A stretch of 12,854 bases of DNA from Candidatus Jordarchaeia archaeon (GTDB lineage: Archaea > Asgardarchaeota > Jordiarchaeia > Jordiarchaeales > Jordiarchaeaceae): the NCBI GenBank assembly GCA_029856435.1, contig JAHQXB010000181.1:1-12854 (forward strand). Reading direction: 5' to 3'. The notes beneath the pieces were generated by a model, which made no database searches, was not told the DNA's origin, and was given only the letters and a program-made list of their open reading frames with translations. The translations under genes were made by a program, and so were the position numbers. This document shows, in pieces, positions 1-8,299 of the stretch; the stretch's first letter is position 1, and each line of letters starts with the position of its first letter.

Positions 1-342
1 GCACTCCTGTTTGTAGGGATCTGTTTTTGTGGCTGGCTTTGAGAGAAACCATCTCCCCATCTTTTAACACCTTTGTGTAGAAAAATGGAGGTGGGAAGGG
101 ATGCAGAGGCAGGCTAAGGCAAGGTCACCACAAAAATTCAGCCCCCGGAGTGTTGCTTAAACATATGGGAAAAGGCCTCCCAGAATTTGCTAATTTCTAA
201 AAAATCGAGAGATACAGTGAAGTTTAACTTATTTTTTCTTTTGTTTACTTATTTACGCTTGAAGGTAATTCTGGATTTCTATCCTTCCTTTTTCGCGTTT
301 CAAAACTATATTTTTTAGTCTTATTTAGGTTCTGTCTGAGTT

Positions 343-936
343 TTATTCTGGTTCACAGACTCCTTCTTTTGCCAGCCGGGACAGTTCTTCTCGTCCTTGT
401 ATGAATCCTCGGGCGATTAAGGTGTCTTTTTCTTTTAGTTTGAATGAGTCAGGAGGGTTGTAGTACCATTTTTTGCCTCTGCGGACTGCTATTATTCGCA
501 TTCCTATTTTATCATCTAGTGCAGCTTTTCCAATTGTCTTATTTATGAGGGGTGAATCCTTATTGAGGCAGACTCGGGTTATTGTTTCCTCTGCTTCTTC
601 GAAAACTAGTTTCAAAACTGGGTGGGGCTCGATACCCCTTAGAACTATATCCGCTATGTATGCTGCTGCATCAGCTATGTTTTCCGATGCCACCCCAATT
701 CTGATTAATCCCAGCTTTGTTTGTGGGTCAATTAATTCGTCTTTGATGTTTAGCACAGCGAGTTCAAAATCTACGTGCAATTTGTCAAAAAACTTTTCCA
801 GATTGGAAAGCTCCTCCGCTATTTCTTTGCTGTTAAAGAGGAGGGCGGAGTAAGCCAAATCCACCATTAGTTCCGAGGTGTTCTTCATCTCAACCAACAT
901 ATCTTCTATCGATTTTAACTTCTGCTCAGACTTCAT
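343..936 (-). CDS. PhoU + TrkA_C (RCK_C) domain protein ('potassium channel family protein', COG3273-like), paralog 2
   Basis: 197-aa ORF. N-terminal helical PhoU-like region (MLVEMKNTSELMVDLAYSALLF) and C-terminal RCK_C signature (IGMRIIAVRRGKKWYYNPPDSFKLKEKDTLIARG). Aligns end to end with 939..1547. Confidence 0.85.
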   Translation of the reverse strand: MKSEQKLKSIEDMLVEMKNTSELMVDLAYSALLFNSKEIAEELSNLEKFFDKLHVDFELAVLNIKDELIDPQTKLGLIRIGVASENIADAAAYIADIVLRGIEPHPVLKLVFEEAEETITRVCLNKDSPLINKTIGKAALDDKIGMRIIAVRRGKKWYYNPPDSFKLKEKDTLIARGFIQGREELSRLAKEGVCEPE

Positions 937-938
937 TT

Positions 939-1547
939 CTAATCTTCCACTTCCAATACTTTCCCCGCCGCAAGAGCTTTAAACCTTTCAATACCCACAT
1001 CTGAACCCCGTGCTATTACCACATCGCCAGGCTTCAACATAAACTTCTCCTCAGGATTAATAATTAATCTTTTTCCACGCCTAAGCGCTATAATATCCAC
1101 GCCTACACGGTCAACCGTACCAAGCATATCTAACGTTTTATTACTGATAGAAGAATTTTCAGAAATCTTAACACGCGCCAAACGTTCTTCAGCCTTAACA
1201 AAAGCATTTATTACCAATCGAGGATCCGCCCCGCGAAGTATCGTTGCCGCAATATCCCCCGCAGCATCAGAAATTTTATCCGTTGCTGAAGCAACCTTCA
1301 TAATACCTGCGATCTGCTCCGCATCGTTCTTGTCCCTAACAGCAAGAGCCGCATTCATAAGAAGCAGATAACTGAGCGAATCTATTCGCTCCTCCAGCTC
1401 CAGAACTTCCTCCACCAATTCCGAATCATTAAACAGTATAGCCGAATAAGCCAAATCAATCATTAACTCAGAAATATCCTTCATCTCGGTCAAGAGTTCC
1501 CTTACACTCAGTGGCTTATACTCTATTTCTTCCTCTTCGTCTGCCAC
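939..1547 (-). CDS. PhoU + TrkA_C (RCK_C) domain protein, paralog 1
   Basis: 202-aa ORF with GTG start 8 nt after AGGAGG. Motifs LLTEMKDISELMIDLAYSAILF and VGVDIIALRRGKRLIINPEEKFMLKPGDVVIARG. Ends 2 nt before the paralog, so likely co-transcribed. Confidence 0.85.
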   Translation of the reverse strand: MADEEEEIEYKPLSVRELLTEMKDISELMIDLAYSAILFNDSELVEEVLELEERIDSLSYLLLMNAALAVRDKNDAEQIAGIMKVASATDKISDAAGDIAATILRGADPRLVINAFVKAEERLARVKISENSSISNKTLDMLGTVDRVGVDIIALRRGKRLIINPEEKFMLKPGDVVIARGSDVGIERFKALAAGKVLEVED

Positions 1548-1662
1548 TAGATAATCCTCCTACAAGACTGCAAAACAATAATATCTCCACTAAGCCAACT
1601 TCTGCAGTCTCAAGTATAAGAATAATTAACAACAAAATAAAAGTTTCCTCAAAAACACTCAA
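1516..1662 (-). CDS. Possible small hydrophobic protein (48 aa) or gene remnant, not in ORF track
   Basis: Manual translation from TTG at 1662: MSVFEETFILLLIILILETAEVGLVEILLFCSLVGGLSSGRRRGRNRV*. Purine-rich GGAAGGGG just upstream. Overlaps the next gene by 32 nt. Confidence 0.25.
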   Translation of the reverse strand: MSVFEETFILLLIILILETAEVGLVEILLFCSLVGGLSSGRRRGRNRV

Positions 1663-1941
1663 GACCCCTTCCTACATAGAAAATCCTTCAGAAACGACTT
1701 AAACACATGTCATACAACAATTTTAGAATTATTCTCTCAAATTATTAAATAAAGTGAAATTATCATATAAAATAGTAAAATAGTCGATTTTTGTCCTCAA
1801 ACTAGAAAGAAAAATTAAAAGGCGCTTATCCTCCCTTGACTGCATAGAATTGCTGGATTAATGCGTTTCTAACTAGTAACCCATACATCATTCCCTAAAA
1901 GCAAATTACACTCAACAATTTTTTTATTAGGTGATTTTGCA

Positions 1942-3120
1942 ATGGCAATTGTTTCAATAGTAAAAACCAATGGAAATGTTGAAGAAGGAGTTAGAAAAGC
2001 GGTAGAATTAGCAGGCGGCATTGACATCGAACCCGGCGCAAGCATCCTCATAAAACCCAACCTCAGCTGCGCCAAACCCTCCGGAAGCGGTCTAGTTACA
2101 AGCGTCGAAGTCATTTCCGCCATGGTAAAATTGGTAAAAGAGATGGGAGGTAAACCTCTGGTTGGAGACCTGCCAATCGCCGGCTGGGACCCAAAGGAAA
2201 CATACAAAATCACAGGAGTCAAAAAAGCCACAGAGGACGCCGGCGGGCAATTCATCGACTTCAGCAAAGACCAACCTGTAACCATACAGATACCAGACGC
2301 CGTAAAACTAAAAAGCGTGAAACTAGTACGCACCGCACTCACCGCCGACGCCATAATCTCCCTACCCGTCCTCAAAGCACACTTCTTCACGGGACTAACA
2401 TTATGCATTAAAAACCTAAAAGGTCTAACACTACAAGACCAAAGAACAAAAATACATGTACTTGGCCTATATGACCCTATAATCGACCTCTTTTCGGCCC
2501 TAAAAAGCAAAGTGATATTTGGACTAGTAGACGGTACAGTGGGCTGCGAATCAATAAGACCCTCCGGACCATACTACGGCCCCACCGAAGGGAAACCCAT
2601 AAAACTCGATACCCTCATAGCGGGAAAGGACATCGTGGCAGTCGACAGTGTAGCGGCAGTAACCGCAGGAATAAAGCCCAAAAGCATGAAACTACTCCAA
2701 ATCGCCTATGAGAGAGGATTAGGAGAAATAGAAGACATAGAAGTAAGAGGCGAAAAAATAAAGCCCCACAAACTCAAACAAACCCTATTCGGACGAATTA
2801 TGGGCAGCCTAAACAGTCTATGGACATCCAAAATCGCCAACCCCATAACTCACCCCCTAGTGAAGCGCCTTTTTGGTCCCCAAGTACAAAGCTTACGATC
2901 CGTAGAAAAAGAACTCCAAGAGGTTGTTCCCAGCAGAATAGTCCTAGCTGGCGAATGCGATAATTGCGGAATATGCGTCAAGAGCTGCGGCATAGGCAAC
3001 ATAAAACTGGGCAAAAACGGACCCATAATAGGCGATAAATGCATCGTCTGTCTCATATGCGTGGAAGTATGTCCGAAAGCAGCCTTGGCAGTTAAGAGGG
3101 TTGAGGAGGTTTCAGCTTAG
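1942..3120 (+). CDS. DUF362 domain protein with C-terminal 2x[4Fe-4S] ferredoxin domain
   Basis: 392 aa. DUF362 motifs ILIKPNL, SLPVLKAH, TLCIKNLKG, DIVAVDSV. Two CxxCxxCxxxC motifs (CDNCGICVKSC, CIVCLICVEVCP). AGGTGA upstream of ATG. 3' end overlaps cca by 9 nt (convergent). Confidence 0.88.
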   Translation: MAIVSIVKTNGNVEEGVRKAVELAGGIDIEPGASILIKPNLSCAKPSGSGLVTSVEVISAMVKLVKEMGGKPLVGDLPIAGWDPKETYKITGVKKATEDAGGQFIDFSKDQPVTIQIPDAVKLKSVKLVRTALTADAIISLPVLKAHFFTGLTLCIKNLKGLTLQDQRTKIHVLGLYDPIIDLFSALKSKVIFGLVDGTVGCESIRPSGPYYGPTEGKPIKLDTLIAGKDIVAVDSVAAVTAGIKPKSMKLLQIAYERGLGEIEDIEVRGEKIKPHKLKQTLFGRIMGSLNSLWTSKIANPITHPLVKRLFGPQVQSLRSVEKELQEVVPSRIVLAGECDNCGICVKSCGIGNIKLGKNGPIIGDKCIVCLICVEVCPKAALAVKRVEEVSA

Positions 3121-4518
3121 TAGCCAGTTGGGTTTTCCTAGATAGTATTTTGTTAAAAATTCGGCGAAGTCCGGATTTTGGAGGTAGATGTTGGATATTT
3201 CTGTGTTTAGGAGGATTTCGAACTTTTGAGAGATTTTTTCTGCGATGTATTTTCCGAGGCCTAGTGTTTTTATTTTGTTGCGTATTTCGTGGTCTAGTAG
3301 TTTGTCGGCTCTAGTGTGTTGGCGTAGGAGTTCTACTACCCATTTTCCGTTTTCTATTCGGGGTCCGGATACGGTTCTATCTGATTTGGTGTGTTTTTTT
3401 AGGAAGGGGGGTTGGCCGATGCTTCCAGGTGGGGGGCCCAAATGTTTGTATGTTTTGGGGATTGTTATGCTTTCAAGCTCTAGTATTAAGATTGTTTTTT
3501 CTTCTCCGGACCAGGCGTCTTTGTTGATTATTTTGAAGTCTTTGGATTCTAGGAAGCTTTTGAGGGCGTCGAGGGATTTGTAGATTTGGCCCCATAAGGT
3601 GTCTGGTGGGATTTTGGGTGTTTCGAATGTTAGGAATAGGGTGTCAGTTCCTTTTTTTCCGTGGAGGTTTTGGAGTTCTTCAGGGCTGAAGGGTTTGATT
3701 TTGTTTGGGAAAAAGAAGATTTCTCGTGGTTCTTCTAGAAAGGCTTTTGATGCTGCTTTGAATTCTCCGATTTTTTGTTTGGTTAGTGCCGCGGAGACAT
3801 TTCTTTTGGGGTCTACTGGGTCAATTACCACTAGTGGTTCAGAAAAAATTTTTTTAATTTCTTTGATATTGGTGTAGTGGTTTTCTATGTCTATGATGTG
3901 TTGTGGTTCCCATTTGATACATTCCTCGAGGAGGCGTGGGAAGGATGAGTAGTGCATCATCAAGATTTCGCACAGGTATCCAGAAAATCCTCCAATTCTT
4001 ATTTCGGCACCATAGGCATTTATTCCCATTAGAAATTGTTTCAGGAGTCTTACTTCTCTTTTTAAAGATTCGTTAAGATTTTTTTTGACGTAGGCGGTGT
4101 GAAGTGGGGTTCTGTCAACTGAGGAGACTAGTTCTGTAGCGTCGCTGATCTCGAAACTGGGAACGAAATCGACTTGGAACTCCTCTATTTCGGCACGCAG
4201 GTATGGGTGTTCGGCATATTTCTCTTTGCCTTTTCCTCCTGTTACTTTTCGCGCAATTTTTAATCCTAATTCTCCGATCTCTTTATAGGTGTAAGTTCTT
4301 GGAAAAACCATGAAAATGTCGATGTCTGGATTTGTTTTTATCCACGTGTCCTTCGCTATGGAACCCACGAGTACCGGGTTGACGGTGATGTTTAGATTCG
4401 CCGCTTCGTCCCTCACCCTTTTAATTAACTCTTGGGATAGGCGTTCTACTTTCATTCTATCTTCTGTTGAGGGTATAATCTTTTTGGATACCTCTTCGCA
4501 TACTGTTTCTAAATTCAA
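3112..4518 (-). CDS. cca: Archaeal (class I) CCA-adding enzyme / tRNA nucleotidyltransferase
   Basis: 468 aa, TTG start. Pol-beta nucleotidyltransferase motif LVGSIAKDTWIKTNPDIDIF, plus YAEHPY, VDRTPLHT, YGAEIRIGGFSGYLCE and VVIDPVDPKRNVSAA, all typical of archaeal CCA enzymes. Confidence 0.95.
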   Translation of the reverse strand: MNLETVCEEVSKKIIPSTEDRMKVERLSQELIKRVRDEAANLNITVNPVLVGSIAKDTWIKTNPDIDIFMVFPRTYTYKEIGELGLKIARKVTGGKGKEKYAEHPYLRAEIEEFQVDFVPSFEISDATELVSSVDRTPLHTAYVKKNLNESLKREVRLLKQFLMGINAYGAEIRIGGFSGYLCEILMMHYSSFPRLLEECIKWEPQHIIDIENHYTNIKEIKKIFSEPLVVIDPVDPKRNVSAALTKQKIGEFKAASKAFLEEPREIFFFPNKIKPFSPEELQNLHGKKGTDTLFLTFETPKIPPDTLWGQIYKSLDALKSFLESKDFKIINKDAWSGEEKTILILELESITIPKTYKHLGPPPGSIGQPPFLKKHTKSDRTVSGPRIENGKWVVELLRQHTRADKLLDHEIRNKIKTLGLGKYIAEKISQKFEILLNTEISNIYLQNPDFAEFLTKYYLGKPNWLLS

Positions 4519-4562
4519 GGTTCAATCCCCAAAAATGCAGGATACAAAATGAATATTTAGAC

Positions 4563-5120
4563 TTAAGGTACGCTTCTTAGTGTACTGTACTTGGGTCCCT
4601 TTGGGGTGAGTTTGCTTTCCTTTAACCTAATGGAGTTTACAGTCATGGTTCCGATTTCTAGGGTTGAAAGGTTGAAGATTAGTTTGGCTAGTTTTTCTTT
4701 ATTATGTGCGCTTTTTACTCTGGCAATAGTTGCGTGTGGGGTGTATTCTCTTCCTTCAGGTTTAAATTTGAGCTTTCTAATCTGCGTCTCTAAATCATTA
4801 TATATGCGAATAATTTCCTCTTTGCCTTTCCGGGCTCCTATCCATATATTATTTATTCTGGATAAACTGGGAAAGCAGCCTACTCCATAGAGTTCAAGTT
4901 CTATAGGTGTTAATTCAATGGTCTTCATACTTTCATAAATTTTATCTACCATTTCAGGGCTAATGTTATCCAGAAATCTGAGCGTAAAGTGAAGATTTTC
5001 TGGCTCCACCAGTTTGAGCTTTGCCCCTGTTTTTGTCAGCTCCTGTTGTATGTCGAGAATCTTTTGAATTAAACCCTTATCTTCGATATCGATTGCTATG
5101 AAAGCCCTAATGCCTTCCAG
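4563..5120 (-). CDS. thpR: RNA 2',3'-cyclic phosphodiesterase / 2'-5' RNA ligase (2H phosphoesterase), about 185 aa
   Basis: Two 2H motifs, LHFTLRF and PHATIAR, plus the C-terminal LKESKLTPKGPKY. The frame stays open upstream of the track's start (5009) and gives the conserved N-terminus (L)EGIRAFIAIDIE. There is an in-frame TAG at 5135-5133, so the best start is CTG 5120-5118, 8 nt after GGAGG. Confidence 0.92.
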   Translation of the reverse strand: MEGIRAFIAIDIEDKGLIQKILDIQQELTKTGAKLKLVEPENLHFTLRFLDNISPEMVDKIYESMKTIELTPIELELYGVGCFPSLSRINNIWIGARKGKEEIIRIYNDLETQIRKLKFKPEGREYTPHATIARVKSAHNKEKLAKLIFNLSTLEIGTMTVNSIRLKESKLTPKGPKYSTLRSVP

Positions 5121-5212
5121 AAGATATTCCTCCTACTCCAGTTTCTACAATAATCATAAATCAGATAATATTGAGATATTTGGAATTCTTTTTACCTGTA
5201 TGATATTAATGT

Positions 5213-5701
5213 CTATATTTCGTGTAAAACCTTTTTTAAAACTTTAGATAAATCTTCTACCGCTTTTTCGAGTTCGGGGGATAATGGTTCACCAAAACCT
5301 GTGGATTTAGGTTGAATACCAATGAGCGCTATGGAAACATCCATATTTCTTTTAAGATAGTTAATAAATAAGCTGAGGGGAATTCTATGGGTTGAAATTG
5401 CGAGTCCGTCGATATTTGAGGAATCCACTATTCTTATGGTTCCCGGCTGCTCACTCATGTCTGCGGCGTCTATTATAATTATGTGTGAAGGTTTAATTCT
5501 GCGCAGTTTGCCCGTGAAGTTTTCGGGAGACGCGCCGGATTCAATTATGTTGACTTTGGGGATTTTACCTTTTAGTCTTTTGCAGATTTCCATTCCAACG
5601 TAATCGTCTCCCCGAAATTCGTTTCCTACACCTATTAATACCACTTTTTTAGGTTTGTTAAGAAATTTTTTAAGCTTGTTCTCTAATTCTTCATATGTCA
5701 T
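5213..5701 (-). CDS. hycI: Hydrogenase maturation endopeptidase, HycI-like
   Basis: Motifs LIGVGNEFRGDDYVG, SPENF, IIIDAAD, ISTHRIPL and IGIQPK. ATG at 5701 preferred; the track's TTG at 5716 is an alternative. Confidence 0.88.
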   Translation of the reverse strand: MTYEELENKLKKFLNKPKKVVLIGVGNEFRGDDYVGMEICKRLKGKIPKVNIIESGASPENFTGKLRRIKPSHIIIIDAADMSEQPGTIRIVDSSNIDGLAISTHRIPLSLFINYLKRNMDVSIALIGIQPKSTGFGEPLSPELEKAVEDLSKVLKKVLHEI

Positions 5702-5763
5702 AATATCTGGCACCAATAACTGGTAATTAATGCATATAGAAAAGGTCTCTGTATAAAAATCTG

Positions 5764-6357
5764 GTGGAGCTTATGAATGAAAAAAATGATTCAGACGAGG
5801 AAAACGAAACAGAAGAGGTGGAAGAAGTAGTAGAGGAAAAGGTGACTGCCCGCCTTAAAGAAGATGCCGTGATAGTTGGGGCAGAGGATGCTCAGAAGAT
5901 TTATGAGAGAGGTTTCTTTGGGGAAATTCAAGAGGACGGAACCCTTAAATTATCCCCTGTAGAATCACTACTCCTTGTGGAAAGAAACAGATTAGAAGTG
6001 CTAAATGATAATAATGAAGTCCTAAATTTTCAGGCTCTTACAAAAATTTTTATGAAATATAATCCCAATCTCTGGTTAAAGTATTTAGTCTACAGAGATT
6101 TAAGATCTAGGGGGTATGTTGTTAGGTCTGGGTATGGGGGGAATATAGATTTTAGACTATACCCTAGGGGGGCAAAACTTGGAACTGACACTTCAAAAAG
6201 TCTCATCTACATTGTTAGTGAGGGAGCCCCGATTGGTTTAGAGGAGTTAGATAGAGTCACAAGGTTAGCGGTCTCTACAAGAAAGAGGTTAACTATGGCT
6301 GTGGTGAATCGGCAAGGGGAAGTCACGTATTATCAAGTGTCTCAAGTCTCGATTTAA
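5764..6357 (+). CDS. endA: tRNA splicing endonuclease family protein, probably the non-catalytic (structural, beta) subunit
   Basis: EndA N-domain (GFFG...LKLSPVESLLLVE) and C-domain (KYLVYRDLRSRGYVVRSG..DFRLYPRG...STRKRLTMAVVNRQGEVTYY). Against the recalled catalytic consensus, Tyr is Gly and His is Thr, while Lys is kept. The start may be ATG 5773, which follows GGTGGAG. Confidence 0.85.
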   Translation: MELMNEKNDSDEENETEEVEEVVEEKVTARLKEDAVIVGAEDAQKIYERGFFGEIQEDGTLKLSPVESLLLVERNRLEVLNDNNEVLNFQALTKIFMKYNPNLWLKYLVYRDLRSRGYVVRSGYGGNIDFRLYPRGAKLGTDTSKSLIYIVSEGAPIGLEELDRVTRLAVSTRKRLTMAVVNRQGEVTYYQVSQVSI

Positions 6358-6456
6358 GCGCGTACTAATTAATCAACTCTCCATATATCACAAGGGAAAT
6401 ACTTGGTTTTATCTATCTTTAGATTAATTTTTTATACCTAGCTAGGGTGCTGTGGA

Positions 6457-7992
6457 TTGACAAGTTCTCGTGACTCGTTGCTAAATCCCGCTTTAGGATT
6501 TTATGTGGAGGAGATTGAAACCACAGAAGATATTGCGATTCCTCAGAATCCTTTGGACAGGGTTATCGGGCAGGATCATGCAGTTAAAATGGCTAAGCTG
6601 GCGGTTCGGCAAAGGAGGCATCTATTGCTGGTTGGCTGTCCGGGCGTCGGAAAATCTATGATAGCGCAAGCTATGGCTTTTCTGCTGCCCCCGCCCAAAG
6701 AAGAAATATGGATAGTGGATAATCCAAAAAACCCCGAGAGACCTTTTGTAGAAACTAGAAAAGGCGGAGAAATTGATAGAGGGAAAGATATTGGCGAAAT
6801 AGTTAGTCCAGATAAAATTCCCGCCGAAGTGGCTATAAAACTTGGTTTCAAATGCAGAAAATGTGGGGCGTTAACCTCCGCTTTAAAGAAAAGGTGTGAA
6901 ACATGCGGAGAAGAGAAGGAGGGTTATGAGGATAGAAAATCCGCATCGCCTTTTCGGGACTTGTTCGAAACTGAAATGTTCAATTCTTCTAAGAAACAAA
7001 TCAAGATGAACAAAATTGTGCCTTATATAAGGAAGGTGGATGGTAAACAGGAAGTCACTGTTTATGAGCAGATAGATACTGACCCGTTAAAACCTTCTGT
7101 GCGTGTTTTGAATCAAAATGCCCTCGAGAAGCTTAGGAAAATAGAAAAGAGTAGGCCCAGTAAAGTTCTCGTGCCCCTAAAAAGGAAAACTTTTATACAA
7201 GCAACTGGCGCCAGTGAAACAGAACTTTTAGGGGACGTAAAACATGACCCTTATGGTAACCATCCTGAACTCGGCTCTCCACCATACACTAGAGTGGTTC
7301 CTGGCGCAATTCATGAGGCTCACGAGGGAATCTTGTACATAGATGAGTTACCTCAGCTGGGGCATCTGCAAACATTCCTTTTAACCGCCATGCAAGATAA
7401 AAAATTCGGGATATGTGGGCGGAATCCTCAGAGCAGTGGCTCAAGTGTGAGAGTTGATTCTGTTCCCTGCGATTTTATTTTTGTTGGCGCCTGCAACATT
7501 CAAGATTTAAGATTAATACTCTCCCCTCTCAGATCGCGTATACAAGGCAATGGATATGAAGTGTTACTGAATTCAACTATGCCAGACACTCCAGAAAACA
7601 GGGCTAAAATTGCTCAGTTCGTTGCTCAAGAGGTTGTTGCAGATGGCCGAATTCCACACGTTACAAGAGAGGCAATAGAGGAACTGATTCAAGAGGCGAT
7701 AAGAAGAGCACAGATAATCGATGGAAAAAGCAATGCTATCACTCTTAAACTTAGAGACCTTGGCGGAGTAATTAGGATGGCAGGAGACCTCACCCTAGAA
7801 GTAGAGAGCCCACTTGTGGAAAGAACCCACATGAAACAAGCCATAAAACTCTGTTTGCCAGTAGAAGAACAAATTAAAAGAGAATATGGTTCCCTAGAGA
7901 AAGCCTTAGAGAAAGAATTACCACTAGCTGAGCGAGATTTGAGCAAAAGTAATTATCCTGAAAACTATCAGAATCAAAGCTTGTACGGTTAA
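6457..7992 (+). CDS. LonB-like AAA+ ATPase lacking the Lon protease domain and membrane anchor, with Zn-ribbon insert
   Basis: 511 aa. LonB-type N-terminus PLDRVIGQDHAV, Walker A GCPGVGKS, GDVKHDPYG, Walker B ILYIDE, Arg-finger region PLRSRIQG. CRKC...CETC insert. No long hydrophobic stretch and no C-terminal Ser-Lys protease motif. Confidence 0.82.
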   Translation: MTSSRDSLLNPALGFYVEEIETTEDIAIPQNPLDRVIGQDHAVKMAKLAVRQRRHLLLVGCPGVGKSMIAQAMAFLLPPPKEEIWIVDNPKNPERPFVETRKGGEIDRGKDIGEIVSPDKIPAEVAIKLGFKCRKCGALTSALKKRCETCGEEKEGYEDRKSASPFRDLFETEMFNSSKKQIKMNKIVPYIRKVDGKQEVTVYEQIDTDPLKPSVRVLNQNALEKLRKIEKSRPSKVLVPLKRKTFIQATGASETELLGDVKHDPYGNHPELGSPPYTRVVPGAIHEAHEGILYIDELPQLGHLQTFLLTAMQDKKFGICGRNPQSSGSSVRVDSVPCDFIFVGACNIQDLRLILSPLRSRIQGNGYEVLLNSTMPDTPENRAKIAQFVAQEVVADGRIPHVTREAIEELIQEAIRRAQIIDGKSNAITLKLRDLGGVIRMAGDLTLEVESPLVERTHMKQAIKLCLPVEEQIKREYGSLEKALEKELPLAERDLSKSNYPENYQNQSLYG

Positions 7993-8299
7993 AACCCCTT
8001 ATGAACAACTATAAAAATGGAAGTATGTATTTAGTGCAAATAAGTAAGTTTGTCTTTTTATGGTTCCCCCTTCTCTTAGCTATTTTTGGCTTCTTTTTTC
8101 CCAGAATGAGTGCCAATCCCAAAAAGCTAAAAGCGGGGTGCTTCTAAAAATTAGTGGGTTGCTATCCGTTTCTCAATTACAGCAGCTAAATATATTCCAA
8201 TCCAAAATAAGCCTTAATCTTGAACTTTTTCTCAAAATAGACCAAAAATTTATTAAATTCTGAGCCGTTATTCGAAGTGCTTTCAAATGAGGAGTTACT

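Noticed and set aside
1-200. Possible 5' part of a minus-strand gene or IS end (MVSLKASHKNRSLQTGV... running off the window; CCCCCGG near 142-148 resembling the MITE TIR)
   Set aside because: Too short to assign; only 7 nt match the TIR and no protein motif is recognisable.
473-853. ORF-track entries antisense to or nested in real genes (473..853, 1511..1702, 1869..2510, 2092..2274, 2850..3056, 3245..3583, 3599..3877, 4310..4552, 4591..4890, 6576..6851, 7689..7946, 8381..8614, 8419..8739, 8764..8967, 9309..9503, 10895..11161, 11684..12337, 12135..12368, 12571..12819)
   Set aside because: Shadow frames of well-supported genes, with no recognisable motifs.
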